DNA of 63,482 bases, filler included, from Squatina squatina (taxonomy: Eukaryota): the NCBI GenBank assembly GCA_031763465.1. It is 3 parts of 3 records of this genome, joined end to end, with 100 filler letters (N's around TTAATTAATTAA, not from the genome) between each part and the next. Parts side by side here need not be neighbours in the genome. Positions count along the whole stretch, not along the records: positions 20,952 to 43,728 come from JARFOE010000115.1; 2 more parts are not named here. One strand, 5' to 3'. The translations under genes and the position numbers were made by a program. This document shows positions 25,941-37,544 of this stretch, one piece after another; the first letter of the stretch is position 1; every line of letters begins with the position of its first letter. A model generated the notes under the pieces. The model made no database searches. It saw nothing but the letters and a program-made list of their open reading frames with translations, and had not been told where the DNA came from.

Positions 25941-28612
25941 CCCTAATATGTGATTTGTGAAAATGTGATTTTGTGAAAGGAAACGTAGCATTGAATCATG
26001 ATGCATCTGCAATAATGAGCCTTTAAAATTCTCAAGCAGTTACCAAGCCCCTCAACCACTATAAATGTCACAAAGATTGATAAGCCAGCTGTGAACTGCA
26101 CCATTTGTTGGGCAAAAAGTCTGAACGCTAACATGGAAAATGTAGTTTTAGTGATGAGATCCTTCAAATGCTGGTAAGCACAGTCACATAGAAATGTGAG
26201 CAGTTTTGGAGGAGGAGGACCAGTCACTAGCAGAGGTGTGTACTATGACAATTGTGATGGACAGTGTCTTTATTACCTTGGGGACCCAACAATGGTCCAG
26301 AAGAAAATGTATTATTTAATGAAGAGCACAAAGACAAGGCATCAACAGTACTGTAAATTTGGAGCAAAACTTATATACACATGAAGGAAAGTAGTAGTCA
26401 TGAAAGATATATGTAAAAAAAAGCTCTGCTGAACAGAGAAATATTAACAAGGATGTTGAAAATAAGGTTTGAGAAATTAAAATAGCAGGGTTATGCAAAT
26501 TGCCTTATACATGAAAATTATATATTTTAAAAGGGTAAGGATGCTCTGAACAGAACTAAAGCTAGACAAATTTCCCCAATTGATTCCACCATTCTTTATG
26601 TATGTCTACTTTTTGCTAAAAGGAGTGAGCACAGGGGTGTCAGGACCCAAATGTTTCCAATCTGTTTCTGTGAAAGAATAACCAGAGTTGAATAGTATTT
26701 GCATTATTACTAGATGCAAATGCATCATTTAAGATTAATATGCTTTAATATAGTTAGGCCTATAATACTGCTTTTTTTTTCTGGGCACTGTAACAAAATG
26801 TAGGAGGAAAAATCAAACATTGGGACACAAGGGGAAAACTTAACTCTTTGATTAGAGAACGATTGGTCACATCAATTAGTCTCACAGTCATGCAGATCGA
26901 AACGGAGTCGCAATAAGACGAGTTTCCACCCTCACACAATGAAAGCTTGAACACAGAAGACTTTTCCACATATTTTATAATGATATTCCCATTCTTGAAG
27001 TACACATGCATTGTCGTAGCTGTGCTTATCTGGCCAGTGCAAGGGAGAACGTGTGCATTACAGTTTAAATTCTATTGGGACACGTCTAGATTTATTTAAC
27101 TCTTATTATTAGCTTTGGCTGTCAAAAAAATAAATCAAACATAATAAATAATTCTACTGAGTTGATTCCTTATTTTGAAACAAAACGCCATGCAGCCCAA
27201 AAGTGCAAGGTGTATTAAACAAGCCATCAATTGATCTGATGCGACACATCACTATACAGGGTATAAATTCACATGCACAAGTCCCAGTTAATATCTGAGG
27301 TGAGCAAAATAAATGTCACTTGCAAATCATTCTTGTGTTAGTGTCCAGGATGAAGTAAGATAGAATACCATTGTAANNNNNNNNNNNNNNNNNNNNNNNN
27401 NNNNNNNNNNNNNNNNNNNNNNNNNNNNNNNNNNNNNNNNNNNNNNNNNNNNNNNNNNNNNNNNNNNNNNNNNNNNGAGATAACAAAGGTACTGATGAGA
27501 TTACACCACCTTCTCAGGGAAACTAAGGATGGGCAATAAATGTTGGCCTTGCCAACGACGCCCACATCCCAGAAAATAACGAAGAAAAAAGCTCGGGATA
27601 TAATTTTCACCTTCACCATCCTGCTGGTATTCTGGAGAGCAGATTGCCCGCTCGTTATCGAATCCACCCGATTGTTGACATCAAGGGGACGAAAAGTGGG
27701 CAGGTTCTGCAAAGGGTTGATGGTAACATAATTAACCCCCTCCCACCCCAGTGTTTCATTGAGAGGTTATATTCACCTAAACTGACTGTCCTCCCAATCA
27801 ATGAAACTGTAAGGCACAACTAAACTTCAAAGGAGTAATGGCTATATCCTGTACAACTCAAAGGCGACAATAAAGATTTGTCACCCAACATAATTGGAGT
27901 GACCATTTACTCTACTTTTTCTCCCCAGGTACGACACTGTTCCAATTATCCAGCTTGCAAATCTATAAAAGAAAGGTCACATGCATGATGATGGGAATTA
28001 AATGACCATCAACTTGACATCTGTAGGAGGAAAAGTATTGGAGCCCACGGTGAGGGAAAGAGAGTCAAGGGCTTCCGACCACAGTAGAGTTAATGAGTCT
28101 GAACTAATGAAGCTTCACTTAAGATATTAAAAAAATCTGTAACAGGCCTACTGGAGGAAAGGATTTGATGATATGTCTGGCAAGAAGCTAAAGTGGAAAT
28201 CTGCAAGAGGGGAGTTGGAAATTGTAAATTGGACAATAAATTCTCAATGTTTCCAAGTCAGTACTATAAGGTAAACCTTATCTGTTCCATTACAGTGCTG
28301 TCTCCACGTTTTGGATTGCAAACCCCAACAATAATCTCATCAACTGTGCAGCTGCTGGGTCTGAGGTAGGCAGTCTTCTGTTCCATGTGTTAGCATTTAT
28401 TGTAAGGCCAGAGTCACGTGGCGGGTATTTTATTCTGTGTTTAAACTGCAGAGACGCACCTTTTGGAAGTTCAAGCATTCATCAGCATATCTACCTTGCA
28501 GGAAACCGGCTTNNNNNNNNNNNNNNNNNNNNNNNNNNNNNNNNNNNNNNNNNNNNNNNNNNNNNNNNNNNNNNNNNNNNNNNNNNNNNNNNNNNNNNNN
28601 NNNNNNNNNNNN

Positions 28613-29066
28613 AACAAGAAAGACTTGCATTTATATAGTGCCTTTCAAGACCACATATCTCAAAGTGCTTTAACAGCCAATGAACTACTTTTTGGAGTAT
28701 AGTTACTATTGTAATGTGGTAGCCAATTTGCACATAGCAAGCTCCCACAAACAGCAATATGATAATGACCAGATAATCTGTTGTTGGTGAGTTGTTTGAG
28801 GGATAAACATTGGCCAGCATACTGGATATAACTTCCTTGCTCTTCTTTGAAATAGTGCTGTGGGAACTTTTATGTCCACTTGAGAGGGCAGATCAGGCCT
28901 CAATTTAATGTATCATCTGAAAGATGGCACCTGCTGACATTGCAGCACTCCCTCAGCACTGCACTGGATTGTCAGCCTATGTGCTCAAGTCTCTGGAGTG
29001 GGACCTGAATCCACAGCCTTCTGACTCAGAGGGCAGAGTGCTACCCACTGAAGCCACAGCTAACTG
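28613..29066 (-). mobile_element. SacSINE1-like Deu SINE, full length
   Basis: Reverse complement begins agctgtggcttcagtgggtagcactct..tgagtcagaagg..ttcaggtcccactccagagac; homologous to 10499-10890. Confidence 0.8.
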
Positions 29067-30032
29067 CCCCAGTAAGACACCACCTTCTCGAGGGCAATTA
29101 GGGATGGGCAATGAATGCCAGCGACGCCCACATTCCATGAATGAATTTTTTAAAAGTTGTACTACCAAATAACCTGTGTTGATTTTAAAACCACAGTGCG
29201 TGAGCTGATAACCGATGGAACTAGCTGGCCCAGGAAAGGATTTCGTTCCCTGGACACGCTGGCAGGCTAAGTGTTAACCTCATGACAGTAACACACTCTG
29301 TATTTCTCTCCTCGTATTGAAAGAATCCCTGCAGTCCTGGAGGGAGAAGGAGGCGTAGGAAGCAGTGACGGTACAGTACACAGCTGACCTTTGGAGTGCT
29401 GATGTCTGATGACAGAACTGTTGCAGTTATTTAATATTAAAATCCTATTCAGACTCTCTGCCATTTCCAGCCAGCAATTTCCTGAGTAATGTGCAATTCA
29501 CTTACACCCAGGAAGCTGCTCCTTAACGTCAGCTTGGGCAGCGGGTCCTGCAGAAACTGCACTTCATTACGAATTTCCTCTCATCATCCAACAAACCAGG
29601 TTCCATCTGACTCTAGCCTGCTGTTCAAACTCCTGGGGACGAGGCAGAAAGCACAATGGCCTGGACTCAAAATCTAGTCAATTATGAGTTCAAATTTCTC
29701 CAGGGAAGTTGACAAAATCTGGTAACAAAAAGCCCCTAATAGTACAGACATATGAACATACGAACAATGACGCACAGGTAAAGACCATTTGGTCCATCGA
29801 GCCTATCCCATACAATTGTGATGCCCTGTGTCTCNNNNNNNNNNNNNNNNNNNNNNNNNNNNNNNNNNNNNNNNNNNNNNNNNNNNNNNNNNNNNNNNNN
29901 NNNNNNNNNNNNNNNNNNNNNNNNNNNNNNNNNNGCACACGTGTGTACGTGACTGTGTGATTGTGCAAATGTATCTGGGCGCGCGGCTGTGTCTGAATTT
30001 CACCTTTCTTTTCCCTTTCAGCGTGTCCGAGA

Positions 30033-30236
30033 TTAGCTTTCAGTGAGAGGAGTGGTGTCAGGGGGAGCTTGCGGCTTTTCAGTGAGGGACTTGTACATCT
30101 CAGAGTTCAAGAACCTAGGAAAGGAGTCTCTGTGCATTAGGCTGTATATCTGTAGCTGGGCGTCCTCAAACATAAGAGGGCAAGGATTCAGCAAGTTCCT
30201 GTTGACTATTTCTCGCACACGAGAGTCAAGACTCAC
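30033..30236 (-). CDS. RGS17: RZ-family regulator of G-protein signalling, last coding exon (RGS17-like)
   Basis: VSLDSRVREIVNRNLLNPCPLMFEDAQLQIYSLMHRDSFPRFLNSEMYKS...TES*; NRNLL, EDAQ and SFPRFLNS match RGS17 rather than RGS19/20; gcag acceptor. Confidence 0.78.
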   Translation of the reverse strand: MSLDSRVREIVNRNLLNPCPLMFEDAQLQIYSLMHRDSFPRFLNSEMYKSLTEKPQAPPDTTPLTES

Positions 30237-31369
30237 CTGCAAACAGCACAAAGAAAAATAACTGAAGTGCAAATTTTATTACTACACAATCTCACTCAAG
30301 ACTGTTGAGTAGCCATCACTCTCTGACGAGCTTGATGCTCCATTTAGGCCCACTCAAGGGGGCCAACCGCCCATAACCACCTCTTTCCTAAAGGCCATGA
30401 ATGATCTGTAGGCAAAGACACCCTCTGCTGTCTTGCCCAAATGACCAATTATCGTGCCCAAGCCTAGACATTGACCGACGGTAGAATATTCATTGGTAGA
30501 GGTATCGCTGTCCTCACATGCACAAACATTCGAGCCTCCCAGAGGTCGCAGTCACTGTTGAGAAGCGAGGCTGATTAATGCCCATTGATCATTACTGCCT
30601 CAGGCAGCATTTGATCCCGAGTGCCCGCCGTGGCCCAGCCACTAAAAAGCATGCCCAAAGACAACACCGAGCCATTCAGACTAGGNNNNNNNNNNNNNNN
30701 NNNNNNNNNNNNNNNNNNNNNNNNNNNNNNNNNNNNNNNNNNNNNNNNNNNNNNNNNNNNNNNNNNNNNNNNNNNNNNNNNNNNNACTCCTCGGGCCCCA
30801 GCAAAGAGATTGTATTTTCGGCCCCTATGTTCTCTTACGTTCGGTTTGTGTTTTCATTGCCATGGTGTAACAGAAATCAAAAATGCTGAGTAGCTGCATT
30901 AAATGGCACTTATGTTGAATAGAAATAAACATCGGATTGAATTTTGAACTTCAAGTGGTTAAAATTGGACCAAATTGGATGTATTCATTAAAGGAGCTGA
31001 AATTTCAAGTAGATAATTCTTTTCCAAACAAAATGCTTATGTCTTTAAACAGAAAGGGACAAAATATGAAGGCAAATTCAGCATTTTATGCTCTCGGTGG
31101 GGAGCTGTGCTCGATGGAAATGTGAGTTAGTGATAAGCTATAAAAAAGTAGCATCGATTCTCCAACCAATACTGTCCTTTGAATGTGGCTCCCTACTGGG
31201 AGCATGGGGTCAGGGAATTTCCCCGACAGGTTTCTTCGTAATGGGCCTTGGTCCTTGACAGTAGGTTTGTCATTAAAAAGTAAAACACGCAGAATAAACG
31301 TCCCCTTTTACCTGGGGATTTGAGAGCTTGCTGTCCCTGCTAATCTTCTCAATGTCCTTACTCCTCCAG

Positions 31370-31743
31370 ACACATGGCCACTCACTGTCCTCAGAAGTCC
31401 CACCGGTGCTCATTCTGTGAGAAGATGTTTCACAGGAAGGACCACCTGAAGAACCACCTTCAAACCCACGACCCCAACAAGGTGCTGCTCAGGTGCGAGG
31501 AGTGTGGCAAGAGGTACAACACCAAGCTGGGCTACAGGCGGCACCTGGCGCTCCACGCGGCCGCCGGTGGTGACCTGAGGTGCGGACTGTGCGCCCGCGA
31601 GTTTGGCCAGACTGACCAGCTGCTGGAGCACCTGAAGGACCACGGGGGCAGGCTCGCCAGCAGCTCCAGGGAGAAGCGGCACGCGTGCGATCGCTGCGAG
31701 CGGCGCTTTTACACGCGCAAGGACGTCAGGCGGCACACGGTCG
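31370..31743 (+). CDS. PLAG-family C2H2 zinc-finger gene, start of last exon (PLAGL1/plagx-like), cut by gap
   Basis: [37 protein letters not shown]...[14 protein letters not shown]...[11 protein letters not shown]; ctccag acceptor at the phase-2 R|HMATH junction. Confidence 0.9.
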
Positions 31744-31843
31744 NNNNNNNNNNNNNNNNNNNNNNNNNNNNNNNNNNNNNNNNNNNNNNNNNNNNNNNNN
31801 NNNNNNNNNNNNNNNNNNNNNNNNNNNNNNNNNNNNNNNNNNN

Positions 31844-32038
31844 TCCCTCAGTCAACATCATCAAAGCAGACAACTGGTCATTTATCTCTTCCCTGTTTGT
31901 GGGAGCTTGCTGTGCACAGATTGTGCGCAGCCTTTCCTACAACAGTGACTGCACGTCAAAAAGTACTTCATTGGCTGTGAAGCGCTTTGGGTTGTGCTGA
32001 GGTTGTGAAAGGCGCTTCTGAAATCCAAGCCTTTCCTT
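31844..32038 (+). mobile_element. SacSINE1-like SINE 3' half
   Basis: ctgtttgtgggagcttgctgtgcaca...aagtacttcattggctgtgaagcgctttggg. Confidence 0.7.
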
Positions 32039-33445
32039 TAATCGTTCGTGACTTGTTCCATTTTTCTTAGCCACTCTTCTTTGTGTGACCTGCACTGAAA
32101 CTTTGACCTTTCACCCAGACTTCTCAATGTTGTTGTTGAAATAAATGATAATTACTGAATGAACCAAAATGAGCATGAGATAGATTTTATTCAAGAAATC
32201 TTGACACATTAGAGAACGAATCAGTCAAGCCATGTACTAAGGCACTTTAGAAATGTGCTCAGTGATGGAAACCAATAGTTAGCTTATTACATAATGTTGT
32301 CACATTAAATACCATTAGAGAGAAGAATGTACAATGTAGGAATTTAAAATACACACAAGTAACCTGGGTTGGCTATCCAAACATATGGGCAACAAAGCAT
32401 GGCATCTAACACAGAAAGAGCATTGTTTTTTTTTTGGAAAATATATATATTTGCAAGACTTTACAAAAACACACAGACAGGTGTTAAAATCATTTATGGA
32501 CTCTAGACAGCGTACATTTTTTTTCCAGTTATTTACAACCAGTACAATATATAAATCAAATTCACATTCATCTGTTGCACATCTGTAGAGACCCTCTGTC
32601 TACCAGACAGAGGACCACACAACGTTAAACGCACAGTGAGATTTTCAGCAGCTGCCAGTACAGGTTGTGCGGGACGGCTGGGAGAAGCTGCTTTGTCTGG
32701 TCAGACCTCAATATTCAGTCTTGTTGCCTCAGACGCTACCCAAAGGAAACCTCAGAGAGTTTTGTTTGCGTGGTTAAGTAAAGCTGGGCGGGGTGGGAGG
32801 GGCGATGGGGTCACTGATCCACTTAATTTGAACAAAACTGGGTTTTGCTTTCATGATTTAAAAGTACCTTGTAAACTTCTGAGCNNNNNNNNNNNNNNNN
32901 NNNNNNNNNNNNNNNNNNNNNNNNNNNNNNNNNNNNNNNNNNNNNNNNNNNNNNNNNNNNNNNNNNNNNNNNNNNNNNNNNNNNTTTAAAAAATGTATTT
33001 GTTATGTTAAATATGTTTTTATGTGATCCCCATTGATGCTTATGTTCATACGGAATCCCCGTAAGCATGAATGGGGATTCCCTTCTTTGATTGGTTGGGC
33101 CAGCCCTCGTGGTCTCAGAGGCACCTTCGAACCGCCTGCACCCCTGGGATATGTGAGCCTCTACGCATATCTGCACATAGAGGCTCAGGAGCGTAAGTGT
33201 CCGTGGATCCCGAAGCAGAAGGGAAGTTCGTAGATTTTTTGGCAATCAGAGCATTGGCCCGCATGAAGCCTCTGACCGCAAATTCAACCCCAATAAGACA
33301 ACTTCATGACTGACAAGAACACCTTGTGCTCTCTGGTGTCAGAATTCTTCAACTCACTGAAAATTTTTATTATAAACGAAACTTAATTTTAAAAATAGAA
33401 GTCAATTTTTGACACTTCCGTAAGATTCATGAGTAAGATTATTAA

Positions 33446-33804
33446 GAGGTGAAATTGGTCTATGCCTGTAGTACAAAATGGGCTCATAGCGAATCGGCAG
33501 CCATTTTACACTGAGTCCAATTTTGTTTCCCCTTGTAGGGTGACCAGACATCCCAGTTTTTCAGGAAACGTCCCGGTGTCCCGACACTTACCTTAAGATT
33601 GCTCAAATGTCCCGTTTTTTTGTGCTCACTCGACTGCGCATGCGCAGTCTCGGCAGAGACTGGACTGCGCATGCGCAGACTGACCGTCCCGGTTTGCCAA
33701 TGTTAAGGTCTGGTCACCCTACTTCAATGGAAAAGAAAATCAGGCACAGTGTAAAATGGCTATGAGCCCATTTTATGCTACTGGCATAGATTAATTTCAT
33801 CCTC
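33446..33804. mobile_element. Palindromic MITE (Harbinger-like) interrupted by a nested element
   Basis: gaggtgaaattggtctatgcc..gtacaaaatgggctcatagc pairs with gctatgagcccattttatgc..ggcatagattaatttcatcctc; taa/tta flanks. Confidence 0.7.
33536..33721. mobile_element. Nested 186-bp MITE with TAGGGTGACCAGAC TIRs (hAT-Blackjack-like termini)
   Basis: tagggtgaccagac ... gtctggtcaccccta-type perfect 14-bp TIR; internal gtccc subterminal repeats. Confidence 0.75.
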
Positions 33805-34429
33805 TTAGTTTTCTGTGAATTCTGAACATCAGAACTCAAACTATGACCTCTCCCACTACATTCCTGTAATGCTTCTGTCAACATTTTTGCCTTGGCAAAA
33901 TGTTGCAACCATATTTCTGCCTGATTCACAGTGTAAAACAGAAAACAAGCTCGTCAAAAGGTCCACCTCTCTAATCAAGAGAATCCCCTCATATATTCGG
34001 TCAGATTAGAAAACTCCCAGTTGTTGCTTCATACATTATTTACCCAGCCGAATAATTGCAGTCCTGCCCTTAATCATTCTTGTTTGCATGATACAAGATC
34101 TTGAACTTTTGGAGCCGATTATGGTCCTTGCCACATAAATATAAGATTGATTGCTTTTCTGGCCTACCTTTGAACTGACCTGAAAATGACCAAATAGCAA
34201 AAATATAACAATATCATTTTTTATTGATAAGCATTACAAAATAAAACACATTCAGAGCCATCATACTGAATTCACAATGCGCCTTTTTAAAAAGATTTGG
34301 GACAGCATGCTGCTATTCTCAGATTTCTTTTTTGAAAATTAATTTGAGGTTTGTGTGTTGCTTTTAAAATTAAACATTGCAGCAAGAATTCTTTTACTTA
34401 TCAGATTCCATGCATTGGATCATATTAAC

Positions 34430-34660
34430 ATAAGGAACAGGAATATGCTACTCAGCAACTTGAGCCTGCTCGGTCATTCAATTAGATCATGGCTAATCTG
34501 CAACTCAACTCCATTTACACGCATTTGCTCCATATCACTTGATACCCCTACCTATCACAAATCTGTTGATCTTAATATTGAAAGCTCCAATTGTTCTAAC
34601 ATTCACAGCCTCTTGGGGAGAGAGTTCCAGATTTCTACTACCCATTGTGTGAAAAAGTGT
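34430..34660 (-). mobile_element. CR1-type LINE 3' end, degenerate
   Basis: aacataaggaacagga...gatcatggct...gagagttccagatttctactaccc..tgtgtgaaaaagtg is the reverse of the CR1 tail. Confidence 0.65.
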
Positions 34661-35442
34661 TTCATTGGTTCATAAACAAGGAGCTATTTTTGATCATTAA
34701 AGATGACGCTGGCGGTAGTAGGCACAGTAAGTACAGTCCAGGTAAATTTGCTTGTTTGCATATGTATATGTGTGTGCATGTTGTATGTCCACATGTACAC
34801 AATCCCTTGGATTATGTTAAGGTGAGACTAATCTCAGAGCATGACTGGTATTTGTAAATACTGTTGTTGTCGTCTCCCTGGAATGTTACTGTAAGTTTGC
34901 TGATTAGAGTCTCCCTCCACAGAGATCCCCAGGGCTAACGTTCTTTTCTGCAGCTGCTGATGCTAATGGTTAATGTGGTATAACGCTGAACTGCCATTGA
35001 ATTGAGGGGAAACCACTTTTGTTTTAGTAAGAAGCAGCTTATCCTGTAATATATTCAGTATATCCTGTTTGATGCCAGAACAGATCATGTTCCCCACCTC
35101 TTTCCCCCTCCTAGCGTGCTGGAACATGGCTGCTTAGACACCAGCTGCTGTCCAGTACCTGACCCTTGTGGTCATTCGTTACATGTGAGCCCCTAGAAAG
35201 TGAATGCCACAGACTATATGGCTGCAGGTGTATCACAGCCAAGCCCAATCCTATTGTCACTCATGGCCGATAATGGCTCATTAAACAACAGGAGTGTGAA
35301 TGCTGGCCTTTCCTTTCAATTCCCTTAGCCCAGGGGCAATAAGGCTAATTTTAACAGTTCAACTACTTTGCTATCTAAGCTCAGCCATCCCAGCAGATTC
35401 CATGGATGGGACCGTTTTAATTTATATAGTTTAGTACAACAC

Positions 35443-36660
35443 CGGGCAGGATATTTTGCCGACTGAACCACTGGGGTAACACAGGCCGGAATCTTGCCTA
35501 CCTGGGTGGGACCAGTGTGGGCGGGCTCCATGGCGGGTCGCGACTCCACTGCTGGCTTTATCCTGCTGTTGAAAATGAACTTACCTTAATGGGGTCTATT
35601 AAGCCCACCCAGCGTGGTACCCGGCCCAATGAGATGGAGTGTGTCTGGTGATGCCATTCATGGTGTGTTTTCAGCTGGGATCTTTAAAGGGACCATGGCC
35701 ACATTACATTTGAAGTTTAATCTAACACAGTGCTGTCAACGCACTACTGCATTGGAGTGCTGCAAACAGTGACTGCACAGAGGCAGAGGACTGTACCCAG
35801 GTTCTCCGATGATTCCCTCCATATGCTTGTTGTGAGGAGGATATGGGTGCAGTGCTGCAAACACTTCAATGATCTCATTAGATCAGGAAAGGTGAGTGCA
35901 AAGCTTCATTCAACTTCATCCTCTGTGCATCTTATCACATCCCCATCACTCTGCTTTCCCAAGCCTGCTCCTGCACATCCTTACTCACACCAATATACCT
36001 TGCACATCCACTCATCCCTCTCTCCCCATCTAACTAACTACCTTTCACACTCACCCACATCCTAATGCAATCATACCAACTAACAGCACACAATGAGGCC
36101 ACTTGGCAATGCCACCCCATTCCATCATAGTCACCCTCTAATAATGTAACCCATCCATTCTTTACACTCATTCCATCACCCTCACTCAACCTTATCTTCT
36201 TTCCCTCCTTGCAGGAAAAGAGAGTGCACAATAAGAGGGAGAGGGAAAAAACTCGAGGTAGCCTTTCATCATTGGCCACCTTAACAGCAGCATCACCAGA
36301 CATAAGTGCACCCAGCATCAGCACAGAGATGCACACCTCAGTGGGTCCCACGTGAGATAGAGTAGTGTTGTCACCTGGTAAGTCACAAATGAGCAACAGC
36401 AGATGGTGGAGACAGAGACAGCAGTCAGTGGAGACACCTCGCCGGAGTGCACTGAACACTCGCAGTGCTGCTCAACTGCATGCAGACGCTAAGTCTCAGG
36501 GGCCATCCAGAAATAGGGCAATCCTGGAGGTGCAGCAAGAAGTGCACGGACAAATTTGTGTGCAACTTTGGAAGTGGCTTAGTGAGTTGGAGTGAATGGT
36601 GCGACATAACGTTACCTGCAGCAATGGTGGTCAGTGTGAAAGGAATGGCTTGGTCATTGT
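35443..36660 (+). mobile_element. Degenerate Harbinger-type transposon (GC-rich terminus plus Myb/SANT ORF remnant)
   Basis: PRFSDDSLHML...RRIWVQCCKHFNDLIRSGK|gtgagt, a pyrimidine-rich intron, then ttgcag|GAAAAGAGAGTGCACAAT; similar to 7700-8020. Confidence 0.55.
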
Positions 36661-36664
36661 AGGG

Positions 36665-36965
36665 ATAGTTTCAGAATAAAAATAAGGGGTCACCCATTTA
36701 AGATGGAGATGAGGAATTTCTTCATTCAGAGGGTCGTGAATCTTTAGAATTCTTTACCCCAGAGAGCTGTGGAGGCTGGGTCATCGAATATATTCAAGGC
36801 TGAGATAGATAGATAGATTTTTGAGCAACAGGGAGTCAAGGGTTATGGGGAACAGGCAGGAAAGTGGAGTTGAGGCCAAAATCGGATCAGCCATGATCTC
36901 ATTAAATGGCGGAGCAGAATCGAGGGGCCGAATGGCCCACTCCTGCTCCTATTTATCTTCTTATG
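36665..36965 (+). mobile_element. CR1/HER1-type LINE 3' end
   Basis: Closely similar to 24208-24487, ending ggccgaatggcccactcctgctcctattt. Confidence 0.85.
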
Positions 36966-37544
36966 TGATATATTCCATTTAGCAGTGTGCGGCGTGAGGG
37001 TTCCCTGGGTCATGCTATTGTTTATCTAGATATTGGGCAGAAGAAGGTGCACTCCCTAGTGTAGGGGACGCAATGTCTGCTTACGAGAGTGACCAGAGAT
37101 GCTAAACCCAAGCTAGTATCTAATCTAACAAATCCAAGCATTGTAACCGAGACACAGCTTCAAGCTCGGAAAATGCAATTTAGGACTGTGATCAGAAGGT
37201 TATTCCGAGTGATAATAATGTGGAATGGACTGCCGGATAAAGTAGCAGAGGCAAAATCTTTGGAATCAATTAACAAACCAATTCGATGCTGCAAAGTGGG
37301 AACCGAGGTTCTTTCTGGATGGGTGAATTGTGGTGAGCTGAATGGCCTTCCTCATCTCTAATTATTTTGTGATCTTGTTATCCCTGCAACTTCCCGTCCC
37401 ATTTACAACCAGATAATTACCCATTCCTGTCAAAGTCGATCAATGCAGCATCAATTTAACCTGTGAACTCTGTCACGTGAAGCTCCTAATACATTGCAGT
37501 GATCTCTTGGAAGTGGTGGGGTTGCAGGGTGGGGAGGATGGTTC

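Noticed and set aside
31844-32000. C-terminal continuation of the PLAG ORF
   Set aside because: Lies beyond an N gap and is SINE sequence
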